36,763 nucleotides of DNA, from assembly GCA_027623675.1 (NCBI GenBank), contig JAQBVF010000033.1:1-36763 (forward strand), written 5' to 3'. This document shows positions 26,181-36,172 of this stretch, one piece after another (position 1 is the first letter of the stretch; every line of letters starts with the position of its first letter). Under the pieces are notes generated by a model. That model was not told the origin of the DNA. It worked only from the letters and a program-made list of their open reading frames with translations, and made no database searches. This DNA comes from Chloroflexota bacterium. GTDB taxonomy: Bacteria; Chloroflexota; Dehalococcoidia; Lucifugimonadales; UBA3495. Made by a program: the position numbers and the translations under genes.

Positions 26181-27185
26181 TTGAGTAAACAAGCGGCAAT
26201 CATCGGGACCACCACCTGGGGGACGACGCTGGCCATCCTATTGGCGCAGAACGACATTCCCGTGACCTTGCTGGCCCGCAGCGAGGCCGAAGCCCGGACG
26301 CTGTCATCGCAGCGGCGCAACGCCCGGTTCCTGCCCGACGCGCCCTTCCCCGGCCACCTAAGCGTCTCCAGCGAGCTTGAGTCCACCCTGAGGGACACGG
26401 ACTTGGTGGTAGTAGCCGTGCCCTCAGACCGCCTGCGGGCGAATGTGCAGCGGATAACGCCCCACCTCCAACCAGGCACGATCGTCCTCAGCGCCACCAA
26501 GGGCCTGGAACTGCCCACAGCCCGGCGCATGAGCCAGGTGTTGGAGGATGAACTGCCAGCCAGTCTCCACGCCGGAATCTGCGTGCTATCCGGGCCCAAC
26601 CTGGCCAAGGAGATCGTGCAGGGCAAACCGGCCTCCACGTTGATCGCCGGAAAAGACCCGGATGCCGCCGAAATAGCCCAGAACGCCCTGATGTCGGCGA
26701 ACTTCCGCGTTTACACCAGCGACGACGTACCCGGGGTTGAACTGGCTGGGGCTTTGAAGAACATAGTGGCCTTGGGCGCGGGCATCGGTGACGGCATGGA
26801 CGCGGGAGAGAACGCCAAAGCCGCCTTCATCACCCGCGGCCTGGCCGAGATGACCCGGCTGGGCGTCGCCGCCGGCGCCGATCCCATGACCTTCGCCGGG
26901 CTGGCGGGCCTGGGCGACGTGGTCGCCACCTGCTCCAGCCGCCTCAGCCGCAACCGGCACGTGGGCGAGCAACTGGCCAAAGGGAAGACCTGGCCGGAGA
27001 TTCGCAGTTCCATGGACAACGTGGCCGAGGGCGTAAACGCCACCCAAGCCGCTCTGGTCCTGGCCAAGAACCTGGGAGTTGAGATGCCCATCGCCGAGAT
27101 GGCGTCAAGGGTGCTGTTCGACGGCCTATCCCCCCGGAAGGCCATGACCGAGCTCATGAGCCGGCCCGCCCGCTCGGAACGCTAG
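26181..27185 (+). CDS. gpsA: NAD(P)H-dependent glycerol-3-phosphate dehydrogenase
   Basis: WGTTLA, ATKGLE, LSGPNLAKE, GALKN, GLAGLGD, SRNRHVG, VAEGV. Confidence 0.96.
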   Translation: MSKQAAIIGTTTWGTTLAILLAQNDIPVTLLARSEAEARTLSSQRRNARFLPDAPFPGHLSVSSELESTLRDTDLVVVAVPSDRLRANVQRITPHLQPGTIVLSATKGLELPTARRMSQVLEDELPASLHAGICVLSGPNLAKEIVQGKPASTLIAGKDPDAAEIAQNALMSANFRVYTSDDVPGVELAGALKNIVALGAGIGDGMDAGENAKAAFITRGLAEMTRLGVAAGADPMTFAGLAGLGDVVATCSSRLSRNRHVGEQLAKGKTWPEIRSSMDNVAEGVNATQAALVLAKNLGVEMPIAEMASRVLFDGLSPRKAMTELMSRPARSER

Positions 27186-27235
27186 GCGTGAAGAATACTG
27201 GCCTGACGCTCCCATCTAACCCACGGCATCCCAAC

Positions 27236-27637
27236 CTACCGCATCTGGCCTAGCTCCAGCTCGGGCAGCGTTTCCAGCAGCCACGCGGCAGCCACCCTTC
27301 GGTGGCATGGCTCTCCCTCTGGCTCGAAGCAGAGCAGGGTGAAATCCTCATCCGGTTGCAGCGAATGCAGCCAGTCTTGGAAATCTGCCTCCCAGTTGTA
27401 GTTGGTACGCAGCTCCTCCCGGTACCGCTCGGTCAGTCCGGCGAAGTCCAGTCTGCCGTCCCGGTAGTCGTCTAGCGTCTGGCGCGACGGATACAGGAAC
27501 GGCTGTACCTCCCAACGGGTGGTCTGGCCCCGTGGGTGGGCCCGAGAGATCCGGTAGGCCGTGCCCCGCCAATGGTCCGGTTGGTAGTAGCTTGCGGTAT
27601 ACAACATGCGGCTTTTCCTTGTGATCGGGTCACGCAT
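27236..27637 (-). CDS. DUF488-like protein
   Basis: YTASY, LYPS...L, ERYREEL, TLLCFE...CHR motifs. Confidence 0.75.
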   Translation of the reverse strand: MRDPITRKSRMLYTASYYQPDHWRGTAYRISRAHPRGQTTRWEVQPFLYPSRQTLDDYRDGRLDFAGLTERYREELRTNYNWEADFQDWLHSLQPDEDFTLLCFEPEGEPCHRRVAAAWLLETLPELELGQMR

Positions 27638-27700
27638 TCGGGCGGGGTGATTGGGCCAGGCGTTCGGGCCGGGGGATTAGGCGTGACCGAAGCCGGCAGC

Positions 27701-28765
27701 CTACCGGTCTTCCGTCCTAACTGGGCCGGCCGGTTGGGTGCGCCAAAAAGCCTGACGCGCTAGGAACAACCCTGCCCCAAGGATGATCACGCTGATATAG
27801 GTTATGGCCCGGTCGATCAGCACCAACGCGGCTGCGGCGCTGACGCTGATGCTGGATAGGCGCGCGGCCAGACCGCCGACCCCAGACTCAACGGCCCCGA
27901 CTCCGCCCGGCGTGGGCACCAGGGTGAGCAGGGAATTGGCCAGGGTCAAGAAAACCACCAAGGCGAAGCTGATATCGAAGCCCAACGCCTGCACCACCAG
28001 ATACATCCGCGCGATCTCCGCGCCCCAACCCAGCAGACCCCAGACCGTGGCCTCGGGCACCCGCTGGAAGCTGCCCATGGTGCCCTGGTGAAACCGCGCG
28101 TAGCGCACGCCCAGCCAGTCGGGCAACCGGCGCAGCAGCAGTCCCCTGGCCCAAGTCATGGACGCCAGCATAACGGCCAACCCCGCAACCAAGGCCACCG
28201 CCAGCCCCAGCACCACCCAGGTCACGCCGTCGCCGCTGTCCAACAGGAACGGCACCGCCGCCAGCAGCAACACCGCCACCAGCACCGTATCCAAAGCACG
28301 CTCGGCCAGGATCGTCCCGATGGTGCGCGAGAACGATCCGTTCTGCTCGTCGCGGTAGAGGTAGGCTCGGTAGGCATCACCCAAGCGGAGCCAACCCACT
28401 GAGTTGGCGAACCAGCCCAGCAGCACCAACTGGCTGCAATAGAACGCACCGGGCACGGGGATCCCAGGCGCAGCGGTGTTCTGCAGCAGCAACCGCCAGC
28501 GGATGCCCCGAAAGACGAATGTGGTGTAGTGGACCGCGAATGCCAGAAGCAGAAGCCAGGGATCGGCATTCTTGATCCGGTCCCAGGTGGCGCCCAGGTC
28601 AACATCGAACCGGGTGACCATGAAGACCAGGAAAACTGCGGCCAGTCCCAAGGCGATCAGCGCCGGAAGGGATAAGACTCGCCGCAGTAGTGGTTTGGGG
28701 ACGGAATCCTCGCTATCTTGACCGTGCGGTCCGGGGTCCGGCTGATGGCTTTGGTCCTCGGCCAT
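27701..28765 (-). CDS. Lysylphosphatidylglycerol synthase TM / flippase-like (UPF0104) membrane protein
   Basis: RGIRWRLLL, LGDAYRAY, ERALD, PTPGGVGAVE, DRAITY. Confidence 0.87.
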   Translation of the reverse strand: MAEDQSHQPDPGPHGQDSEDSVPKPLLRRVLSLPALIALGLAAVFLVFMVTRFDVDLGATWDRIKNADPWLLLLAFAVHYTTFVFRGIRWRLLLQNTAAPGIPVPGAFYCSQLVLLGWFANSVGWLRLGDAYRAYLYRDEQNGSFSRTIGTILAERALDTVLVAVLLLAAVPFLLDSGDGVTWVVLGLAVALVAGLAVMLASMTWARGLLLRRLPDWLGVRYARFHQGTMGSFQRVPEATVWGLLGWGAEIARMYLVVQALGFDISFALVVFLTLANSLLTLVPTPGGVGAVESGVGGLAARLSSISVSAAAALVLIDRAITYISVIILGAGLFLARQAFWRTQPAGPVRTEDR

Positions 28766-28802
28766 CAATCCCCGGCGCCGACCGGCCAAGACGCGGTCAT
28801 GG

Positions 28803-29702
28803 CTAGCGGAGTTCCCTGGGTAGACTGAAGGTGATGTCTTCTTCCACGCCGGTGATCATCGTCACCTTGTCGGGGGCCAGCCGCTCGATCACGCTTTCGA
28901 CCAACACTTCCGGGGTGGAAGCGCCGGAGGTTACGCCGACCTTCTGCTTGCCGTCCAGCCAGGCTGGGTCGATCTCTTCCGGCCCGTTGACCAGGTACGA
29001 CGGCACGCCCAGGGACTCGGCCACCTCTCTCAGGCGGTTGCAATTGGAGCTGTTCTGAGCGCCGATCACCAGCACCAGATCAACGCTGCTGGCCATCTTG
29101 GTGACAGCCTCCTGCCGGTTGGTGGTGGCATAGCAGATGTCGTTCCGGACCACGGCGTCGGGAAACTTGGCTTGGATGGCGTCGATGGCCTGAGCGGTGT
29201 CGCCCACCGACAGGGTGGTCTGGGTCAGCACCGCCACTTTCTCGTCGGCGGCGATCTCCGAAAGCTCGGTCTCGGAGGTGTCGTCAATCAGAATCATATC
29301 CACCTGCCCCATGGTGCCCACCACTTCCTGGTGGCCCCGGTGACCCACCAAGACTACCTTCTTGCCCTCGCGGTGGAACTTCTTGGCTTCGTTGTGGACC
29401 TTGGTAACCAAGGGACAGACGGCGTCGATGACCCTTAGCTTCCGGGCCTTGGCGTTCACAAAGTCTTCGGGCGCGGAGCCGTGGGCGGAGAAAACCACCA
29501 GGGAACCTTCTGGGATCTCCTCCACCGTGTCTACCGTAATGGCGCCTCGGCGCTCTAGATCGTTAACAACGTAGGGGTTATGGACTATCTGGTGCTTAAC
29601 GTAGACCGGCGGTCCATATTTCCTGAGACAGATATCGACCACGTCGATGGCCCGGACCACGCCGGCGCAGAATCCTCTGGGCGAACTGAGTAAGACCTCC
29701 AC
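28803..29702 (-). CDS. ispH: 4-hydroxy-3-methylbut-2-enyl diphosphate reductase
   Basis: PRGFCAGVVRAI, IVHN, FSAHG, DAVCPLVTKVH, DICYATTNRQ, SSNCNRL, SGASTP. Confidence 0.97.
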   Translation of the reverse strand: MEVLLSSPRGFCAGVVRAIDVVDICLRKYGPPVYVKHQIVHNPYVVNDLERRGAITVDTVEEIPEGSLVVFSAHGSAPEDFVNAKARKLRVIDAVCPLVTKVHNEAKKFHREGKKVVLVGHRGHQEVVGTMGQVDMILIDDTSETELSEIAADEKVAVLTQTTLSVGDTAQAIDAIQAKFPDAVVRNDICYATTNRQEAVTKMASSVDLVLVIGAQNSSNCNRLREVAESLGVPSYLVNGPEEIDPAWLDGKQKVGVTSGASTPEVLVESVIERLAPDKVTMITGVEEDITFSLPRELR

Positions 29703-29911
29703 GGTCTTTCCCTCCTATATCAGGCCCGGCGGGAATGGTTTCTCCACCCGGCATAAAAAGCATCGCAGCTTAAGCTAGCCAAAATCAAACTAATCATATC
29801 GTATGCGCTGGTCAATTTATATGCCGATGAACCCGGCTGACCTCACTTGCCGAGGCGATCTTAGGCCTGAATAAGAGACCTTGATTCCGGCTTTTCCAGT
29901 CTCAGACCCTA

Positions 29912-29920
29912 TGCTATAAT
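29912..29920 (+). promoter_or_regulatory. Extended -10 promoter element
   Basis: TGCTATAAT 33 nt upstream of the crotonase ATG. Confidence 0.6.
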
Positions 29921-29953
29921 CTGCCTTGCCGCAACCCAACATCCGGTACAACC

Positions 29954-30772
29954 ATGTCTGATTACAAATACGTTATCCTCGACAAAGACCCGGTGGAGCA
30001 CATCGCCAGGCTGACCATAAACCGGCCCGACCGCCGGAATGCCTTGGATGATGCGACCACCGACGAGATGGGCCTGGCCCTGGAAGAAGTAGCCGACGAC
30101 GACAATATCCGGGTATTGATTCTCACTGGGGCAGGCGGCTCATTCTGCGCCGGGGGCGACCTGAACACCCTAAAGGGCGGTAGCGACCCCGGAGTTCTGG
30201 TCTCCGACAATAGCGATGACATCCGCCGAGGCTTTCGCGGGCCCCACAAGATGATTTTGGGAGTGCAACGGATGGAGAAGCCGGTGATCGCCATGATCAG
30301 CGGCACGGCGGTGGGGGCCGGGTTCGACCTGGCCTGCGCCTGTGACATCCGCATCGCGTCGCACAGCGCCCGGTTCATGGTGGCCTACGTCCGTATCGGC
30401 CTATTCCCTGGTTTCGGCGGGACCTGGCTCTACCCCAGGACACTGGGCAGCATGGGCAAGGCGGCCGAATTGCTTTTCACCGGCGATTTCTTAGAGTCCG
30501 ACGAAGCCTACCGCTTGGGCTTCCTGAACCGCCTGGTTGAGGAAGAAGACCTGGAAGCGACCACGATGGAGATGGCGCGAAAGATCGCCGCCGGACCACC
30601 CATCGCCATCCGGCTGTCCAAGCTGATGCTCTACAAAGGGCTGGAGTTTGACCTGGAAACAGCCTTGAAGATGGCGGCGGCGGCGGAGACAATCACTCTA
30701 ACCTCCTATGACCACGGGGAGGGCACCCAGGCGATCCGCGAAAAGCGAAAACCCAATTACGAGGGCCGCTGA
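29954..30772 (+). CDS. Enoyl-CoA hydratase/isomerase (crotonase) family protein
   Basis: INRPDRRNAL, FCAGGDL, KPVIAMISGTAVGAG, LACACDIRIA, REKRKPNYEGR. Confidence 0.93.
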   Translation: MSDYKYVILDKDPVEHIARLTINRPDRRNALDDATTDEMGLALEEVADDDNIRVLILTGAGGSFCAGGDLNTLKGGSDPGVLVSDNSDDIRRGFRGPHKMILGVQRMEKPVIAMISGTAVGAGFDLACACDIRIASHSARFMVAYVRIGLFPGFGGTWLYPRTLGSMGKAAELLFTGDFLESDEAYRLGFLNRLVEEEDLEATTMEMARKIAAGPPIAIRLSKLMLYKGLEFDLETALKMAAAAETITLTSYDHGEGTQAIREKRKPNYEGR

Positions 30773-31722
30773 TGAACCCGATCCTCGACGAGCTCAAGAT
30801 ATTCACCGGCAACGGCCACCCCAACCTGGCCCAATCGGTCTGTGACTACCTTGAGATTCCCCTGGGCCAGGCCGAGGTTTTCAAGTTCGCCAACGATAAC
30901 TCCTTCGTCCGGATCAAAGAAAACATCCGCCAGCGCGACGTCTTCATAATTCAACCCACCTGCTTCCCGGTCAACGACAACCTGATGGAGCTGTTGATCA
31001 TGATTGACGCCTGTAAGAGGGCGTCGGCAGGCCGCATCACCGCCGTGGTGCCCTACTACGGCTACGGACGCACCGACAAGAAAGACCAGCCCCGCGTGCC
31101 CATCACCGCCCGTTTGGTGGCCGACCTGCTCACTGCCGCCGGGGCCGACCGTCTTTTGACCGTTGACCTACACGCCGGTCAGATACAGGGCTTCTTCAAC
31201 ATACCCGTGGATGAACTGACGACGTTGCCGCTCTTGGGCCAGTATTTCGCCGCGAAAAAGATACAGGACCTGGTTGTAGTGGCGGTCGACATCGGCATCA
31301 GCAAGAAGGCCCGCGATATCGCCGAACGCCTGGGCGCTCCCTTGGCGATCATTGAAAAACGGCGGATAAGCAACGACGACACCAGCGAGACCATGAATGT
31401 CATCGGCGAGGTCAAGGGCAAGGTTGCGCTGGTCTTCGATGACGAGATAGTCACCGGAGGCTCCATCGTCAACGCCGCCAAGGCGCTGTCCGAAAAGGGC
31501 GTGAAAGAAGTCTTTTGCTGCGTGACCCACCCGGTGCTGTCCCGAGACGGGTCTGAGGTCATGGCCAAAAGCAACTTCACCGAGGTGGTGGTGACCGACA
31601 CCATCCCCATTCCGACCGAGAAGCGGAACGGCAAATTCACCGTCCTCTCAGTTGCGCCGCTGTTGGGCGAGGCCATCTACCGCATCCACAAAGGCCAGTC
31701 CGTCGGCGACCTCTTCAACTAG
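30772..31722 (+). CDS. prs: Ribose-phosphate pyrophosphokinase
   Basis: VNDNLMELLIMIDACKRASAGRITAVVPYYGYGR, DLHAGQIQGFF, DDEIVTGGS. TGATG overlap with the upstream gene. Confidence 0.96.
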   Translation: MNPILDELKIFTGNGHPNLAQSVCDYLEIPLGQAEVFKFANDNSFVRIKENIRQRDVFIIQPTCFPVNDNLMELLIMIDACKRASAGRITAVVPYYGYGRTDKKDQPRVPITARLVADLLTAAGADRLLTVDLHAGQIQGFFNIPVDELTTLPLLGQYFAAKKIQDLVVVAVDIGISKKARDIAERLGAPLAIIEKRRISNDDTSETMNVIGEVKGKVALVFDDEIVTGGSIVNAAKALSEKGVKEVFCCVTHPVLSRDGSEVMAKSNFTEVVVTDTIPIPTEKRNGKFTVLSVAPLLGEAIYRIHKGQSVGDLFN

Positions 31723-31909
31723 AGCCTCCCGATAGAGCGGCCCAACCGGCCCCGGGCCGCCTTCAGGCCATGCCTGCCTCTTATCTCTTGCCTCTCTTTT
31801 CCTTGGGATTCGCGGTATAATTTGCCGTCTGGCCCAAGCAGGCCGGCGCGTTATGTCATCCGCACCGGCCAGAAGTGCGCTGATATCCCGAACACCCCAA
31901 GCCAACAAT

Positions 31910-31948
31910 CACCAAAAGTTAGCACCAAAAGTTAGCACCAAAAGTTAG
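31910..31948. repeat. 13-bp tandem repeat x3 (CACCAAAAGTTAG)
   Basis: Three perfect copies just upstream of the GGAGG SD of the amidohydrolase. Confidence 0.93.
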
Positions 31949-31969
31949 TTAGATGGAGGCCCATTCCCC

Positions 31970-33145
31970 ATGTATGACCTGATCGTAAAGGGCGGCACGG
32001 TGGTCGACCCTTCCCAGAAGATCCACGGCGTGAGCGACGTTGCCATCGAGAACGGCAAGATCGCCAAGATCGCCGCCGACATCCCCGCCGCGGAAGCCAA
32101 GCGGGTCGTCGAGGTTAAGGGCAAGGTAGTCACTCCCGGTCTGATCGACATCCACACCCACGTTTACTCCGGCGTCACGGACAACGGCGTCGATCCCGAC
32201 ATCGGCGGCGTTAGGGCCGGCGTTACGACCATGGTGGACGCGGGAAGCTCGGGCTGCGACACCTTCGCCGGGTTCCCGGCCCACATCATCCCCAACACGT
32301 CCACCGAGATCATCTGCTTCCTCCACATCTGCCGCACCGGACTGGCCACCAATCCCGACATCTTCAGTCCGGACAGCATCAACTTGGACAAGACCATCGA
32401 GACCATCAAGAACAGCAATGGGGTCATCACCGGCGTGAAAGCCCGCATGGTCTCTCCCGCCCTTGAGATCATGGGGATGGAGATGCCCAGGATGGCCAAG
32501 CGTGCGGCGGTTGAGGCCGGCGTTCCCTTGATGGTGCACATCGGCGACACCCTGAAGCGCTACGACGCCAATGTGATCCGGGAGCTTCTGCCCATCTTGG
32601 ACAAGGGCGATATCGTCACCCACTACTTCACCGGCAATCCCGGCGGAGTGCTGGACAGCGACGGGAAGCTGGTGCCCGAAGCCAAGGAGGCCCATGACCG
32701 GGGCGTGTGGCTGGACACGGCCCACGGCCGCATGAACTTCACCTTTGACGTTGCCCGCAAAGTCTTGGACCAGGGCGTGCTGCCCCACTGCATCAGCACC
32801 GACCTGACGGTGCCCGGCCGCCAGATAACGGTCCACAGCATGACCGAGATGATGACCCGCTTCCTGGCCATGGGCTTCACCTTCGACCAGGTGGTGACCA
32901 TGTGCACCGAGAACCCGGCCAAGGCCGTGGGCGTGGACGACCGCCTGGGCACCCTGGCCGTGGGCAAGCAGGCCGACCTTTCGGTGCTGGAGATCAAGGA
33001 CGGCAATTGGATGGTCTACGACATCCTGGGCGACGGCATGAAGAGCGACAAGGCAGTCATCCCGGTGATGGCGATCAAGAAAGGCGAGGTCTTCGAAGCC
33101 GGTTGGGGCCCCCGCCCCTGGGGCTGGGAGCCGGACCAAGCGTAG
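31970..33145 (+). CDS. Amidohydrolase/deacetylase family metallohydrolase (dihydroorotase-like)
   Basis: PGLIDIHTH, GVTTMVDAGS, GVKAR, MVHIG, GDIVTH, DTAHG, ISTD, GKQADL. Confidence 0.92.
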   Translation: MYDLIVKGGTVVDPSQKIHGVSDVAIENGKIAKIAADIPAAEAKRVVEVKGKVVTPGLIDIHTHVYSGVTDNGVDPDIGGVRAGVTTMVDAGSSGCDTFAGFPAHIIPNTSTEIICFLHICRTGLATNPDIFSPDSINLDKTIETIKNSNGVITGVKARMVSPALEIMGMEMPRMAKRAAVEAGVPLMVHIGDTLKRYDANVIRELLPILDKGDIVTHYFTGNPGGVLDSDGKLVPEAKEAHDRGVWLDTAHGRMNFTFDVARKVLDQGVLPHCISTDLTVPGRQITVHSMTEMMTRFLAMGFTFDQVVTMCTENPAKAVGVDDRLGTLAVGKQADLSVLEIKDGNWMVYDILGDGMKSDKAVIPVMAIKKGEVFEAGWGPRPWGWEPDQA

Positions 33146-33179
33146 AAGGCGCAACCCCTGGAATCATCGTAGTAAACGC

Positions 33180-33217
33180 TAGCAGGGGGGTACCGATGAC
33201 TCGGTACCCCCCTGCTA
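33180..33217. terminator. 17-bp perfect hairpin between convergent genes
   Basis: TAGCAGGGGGGTACCGA-tgac-TCGGTACCCCCCTGCTA. Confidence 0.75.
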
Positions 33218-33359
33218 CTTGTGCGCATGGCCCGCCGACATTCAGGCACACCGCGTCGCGTCGGCTAGCTGCTATCCAGTGGTATCCAATGCTCACCACG
33301 TTTGGCTCGAGCTATTCCCGCCGACCAGGCCGGTTATCTCAGTCTCCCGGCTTCGGCCC

Positions 33360-34418
33360 CTAAGTCTTGGGCGCTTCCTTAACATCCGCATCATCCGCGG
33401 GAACCCCAGGAACAACCGGAACCGTGGTGGGCTCCGGCTTCTGCTGGCGTTTGCGGCGGCGCAGGGGGCGGATCAACTTGCGGAATTGGGACGATAGGCT
33501 GAACCGGCGTTTCACGTTATCGGCGATCATGGGCGCCACTTTCCGGTTGCCGGCCACCAGCGGGGCCATCCAAGCTCGCAACTCCTTCATGGTGGGGGTT
33601 TTCTCTTCCCAGGTCGGCACCAGGCAGCCCATGGGGTGCCAGCGCTTCTCGCGCCGAAAGCGGGTCATCACCACGCCGCCCGCCTCTTCCACCGCCAACG
33701 CACCTCCGGCCATGTCCCAGAGCCTGGGAGCGCCAAACATGGCATACTGCAGCACGCCCCGGGCCGTCATCGCCAGTTCGTAGGCGATGCTGCCGGTTGT
33801 CCGCACCTCGCCGGCCTTGCCGGCCAGCTTGCCTGTGAAGCCCTGGCCCACGCCGAAGTATCCGGGCACGCCGATCAGCCGGCTGGGAACGGGTTCGTCT
33901 GATTGGTAGACCGAGACAGGCCGTCCGTCGGCGAAACAGCCGCCGCCCTTCCGGCAGTGGAGCACGAAACCGCCCACCGTCTTTTGGTCCGAACCTGAAT
34001 CCGGGTTGGGAGCGGGATCCGGCCACGGCACATACACGGCGGACGCCACCAGCCACCCCCGGTACATCACCCCGATCGATGACGCGAATGCGGGCAGTCC
34101 GTTCATGTAGTTGGTGGTGCCGTCCAGAGGGTCCAGAATCCAGAGGAAGTCCTTGGCCAGCTCCTCTGATTCCTTCTCTTCCTTGCTGCCCTCCTCACCC
34201 AGGATGCCATGGCTGGGAAACCGCTTGGTAATCTCGGCGGACAGGTACTCCTGTGTCTCTTTGTCCACGGCGGTCACCGGGTCGCGTTCGTGTTCGTCCT
34301 TGAACTCGATGGATATCTCGCGGCCAAAGTTCTCCGCCAAGATACGTCCCGCTCCCCTGGCGATCTCCACCGCATGTTGTTCGATCTCTTGGGCCAGTTG
34401 TTCGTCCCAAAGCTGCAC
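33360..34418 (-). CDS. Inositol monophosphatase family protein (SuhB-like)
   Basis: DPVTAVD, ILGEE, WILDPLDGTTNY, RTTGSIA, WDMAGG. Confidence 0.9.
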   Translation of the reverse strand: MQLWDEQLAQEIEQHAVEIARGAGRILAENFGREISIEFKDEHERDPVTAVDKETQEYLSAEITKRFPSHGILGEEGSKEEKESEELAKDFLWILDPLDGTTNYMNGLPAFASSIGVMYRGWLVASAVYVPWPDPAPNPDSGSDQKTVGGFVLHCRKGGGCFADGRPVSVYQSDEPVPSRLIGVPGYFGVGQGFTGKLAGKAGEVRTTGSIAYELAMTARGVLQYAMFGAPRLWDMAGGALAVEEAGGVVMTRFRREKRWHPMGCLVPTWEEKTPTMKELRAWMAPLVAGNRKVAPMIADNVKRRFSLSSQFRKLIRPLRRRKRQQKPEPTTVPVVPGVPADDADVKEAPKT

Positions 34419-34448
34419 AAGGCACCCCGCCAGTGGTTAAGATTCGCC

Positions 34449-34684
34449 CTAATCTTCGGGCAGACCCTCAAACGTTCTCCGCACCGATTCAAACCAGTCC
34501 GTCATCGCTTGGGGGTCGCCCATCAATTCTTTCATCTTTTCCATCCCTGGATGTGCGCCCAATCGTTCTGTTGCAGCATTTCCATCCCGTGCCGTTTCGA
34601 CATCTCCGCCATGTCATCAAACGTCTCAGCATGAAACTCCAGATCGCAGGCGCCGGCTAGGTCATTGCAGGTCATAGTTTTCAT
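34449..34684 (-). pseudogene. DUF1059-like small protein with a 1-nt frameshift near 34545
   Basis: MKTMTCNDLAGACDLEFHAETFDDMAEMSKRHGMEMLQQNDWAHIQ, then a shift into MEKMKELMGDPQAMTDWFESVRRTFEGLPED*. Length 236 nt, one short of 79 codons. GAGG SD. Confidence 0.75.
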
Positions 34685-34863
34685 CGATAAAGGCCTCTTC
34701 TCACGAACAATCGCCTAACGCATCTTCACCCGGCAACCGGGTTCCGAGTATAGCATGGGCCAGTTGCCGGTCCGCGCCTGCTATAATCTCCGTGACTGCC
34801 CGCCGCAGGCGGACTCACATCACAAAATCGGTCCCGGTTCACCGGGAGTAGAAAGGACGAAAC

Positions 34864-35655
34864 ATGGACTTGGGATTAAAGGGTAAAGTCGCCATAGTTG
34901 GCGGCGCCAGCAAGGGGCTGGGCCGGGCTTCCGCTCAGGTGTTGGCCGAAGAGGGCGCCAAGGTAACCATCTGCAGCCGCACCAGCGCCGACCTGGAGAC
35001 GGCCGCGGAGGAGATCCGCAGTTCCACCGGCGCCGAGGTCATGACCTACGCCGCCGACCTGGACAAGCTGGAGTCAATCACCGGGTTGATCGCCGCGACA
35101 GTGGAACAGTTCGGCGGTCTGGACATCCTGGTCAACAATTCGGGCGGACCGCCCCTGGCCCGGTCCGTTGACGCCACCGAAGAACAGTGGGAGACCGCCG
35201 TGCAACGGTCGCTGATCTTCTTTGGCCGCATGTGCCGCGAGAGCATCCCCCACCTCAGGCAGCGGGGCGGCGGGCGCATCATCAACATCCTGGCCAGCAC
35301 GGTCTACAACCCCATCCCCAACCTGGCGCTGTCGGGCGCGACCCGCATGGGCGTGGTTGCCTACTCCAAGAGCCTGGCCGACGAGGTGGGGCGGGACGGC
35401 ATCCTGGTGAACAACGTTTGCCCCGGCTCCATCCTGAGCGAGCGCATGCTCTCCAACGTGACCTCCCGCGCCAAGGAGTTGGGCATCACGGTGGAGGAGG
35501 GCCTGGCTCTCCGCGCCCAAGATACCGCCGTTGGCCGCGTGGGCGAGCCGGTGGAATTGGCCAACCTGGTGGCCTTCTTGGCTTCCGACAAGTCCACCTA
35601 CATAACCGGCACCACCATCTTGGTGGACGGAGGGCTGGTTAGGTCGGTGATGTAG
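34864..35655 (+). CDS. SDR family oxidoreductase
   Basis: [47 protein letters not shown]. Confidence 0.93.
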   Translation: MDLGLKGKVAIVGGASKGLGRASAQVLAEEGAKVTICSRTSADLETAAEEIRSSTGAEVMTYAADLDKLESITGLIAATVEQFGGLDILVNNSGGPPLARSVDATEEQWETAVQRSLIFFGRMCRESIPHLRQRGGGRIINILASTVYNPIPNLALSGATRMGVVAYSKSLADEVGRDGILVNNVCPGSILSERMLSNVTSRAKELGITVEEGLALRAQDTAVGRVGEPVELANLVAFLASDKSTYITGTTILVDGGLVRSVM

Positions 35656-35687
35656 GTAACCTCTGGATCAAGCCTGACTTATGCGGT

Positions 35688-35754
35688 CCTTCGACAGGCC
35701 AAGGACGAGCGGTAGCAGCGGGATATTTTCGCTCATGGTGAGCCTGTCGAACCA
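35688..35754. repeat. Palindromic REP-like element (CCTTCGACAGGC...GCCTGTCGAACC)
   Basis: TTCGACAGGC/GCCTGTCGAA and GAGCG/CGCTC arms. From memory it resembles a widespread intergenic palindrome. Confidence 0.6.
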
Positions 35755-35802
35755 TCCCCATGTCCGCAGCCATCTCCGCATCCGTAACGCACGCTGGATA
35801 AC

Positions 35803-36150
35803 ATGACATTTCAACGCAGACATATCGAAGAGCCAGCCGACGCCGCCGGGTTCATTGACCGGGGGAACCGCTATGGCCGGAACGGCGTGTACCACCGGGC
35901 CATCGAGGATTACACCAAGGCCATCGAACTGGACCCAGGGTCGGTGGATGCCTACTACTGCCGGGGCTGCTCCTGGTACGAGGTCGGGAAGTACAACGAC
36001 GCCATCGCCGACCTGAGCCGGGCCATCGAGCTGGACCCAACGGCCGATTTCGCCTATGGCCAGCGCGCGGTGGTCTACCTATTCGACGACCAGCCGGAAT
36101 TGGCCCAGGCCGACCAGGACAGGTCCGACGAGTTGCGGGCCAACAAATAG
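35803..36150 (+). CDS. Tetratricopeptide repeat protein
   Basis: RG...AIEDYTKAIELDP and AYYCRG...AIADLSRAIELDP repeats. Confidence 0.9.
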   Translation: MTFQRRHIEEPADAAGFIDRGNRYGRNGVYHRAIEDYTKAIELDPGSVDAYYCRGCSWYEVGKYNDAIADLSRAIELDPTADFAYGQRAVVYLFDDQPELAQADQDRSDELRANK

Positions 36151-36172
36151 TCTCTTCAAGCTAACGGCGATC

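Noticed and set aside
26159..26188. 9-codon uORF (MPAPRLLIE) overlapping the gpsA start
   Set aside because: Short ORFs arise by chance. No attenuator structure or biased codons.
34790..34850. Two hairpins in the SDR leader as a riboswitch
   Set aside because: No consensus of a riboswitch I recognise and no expression platform.
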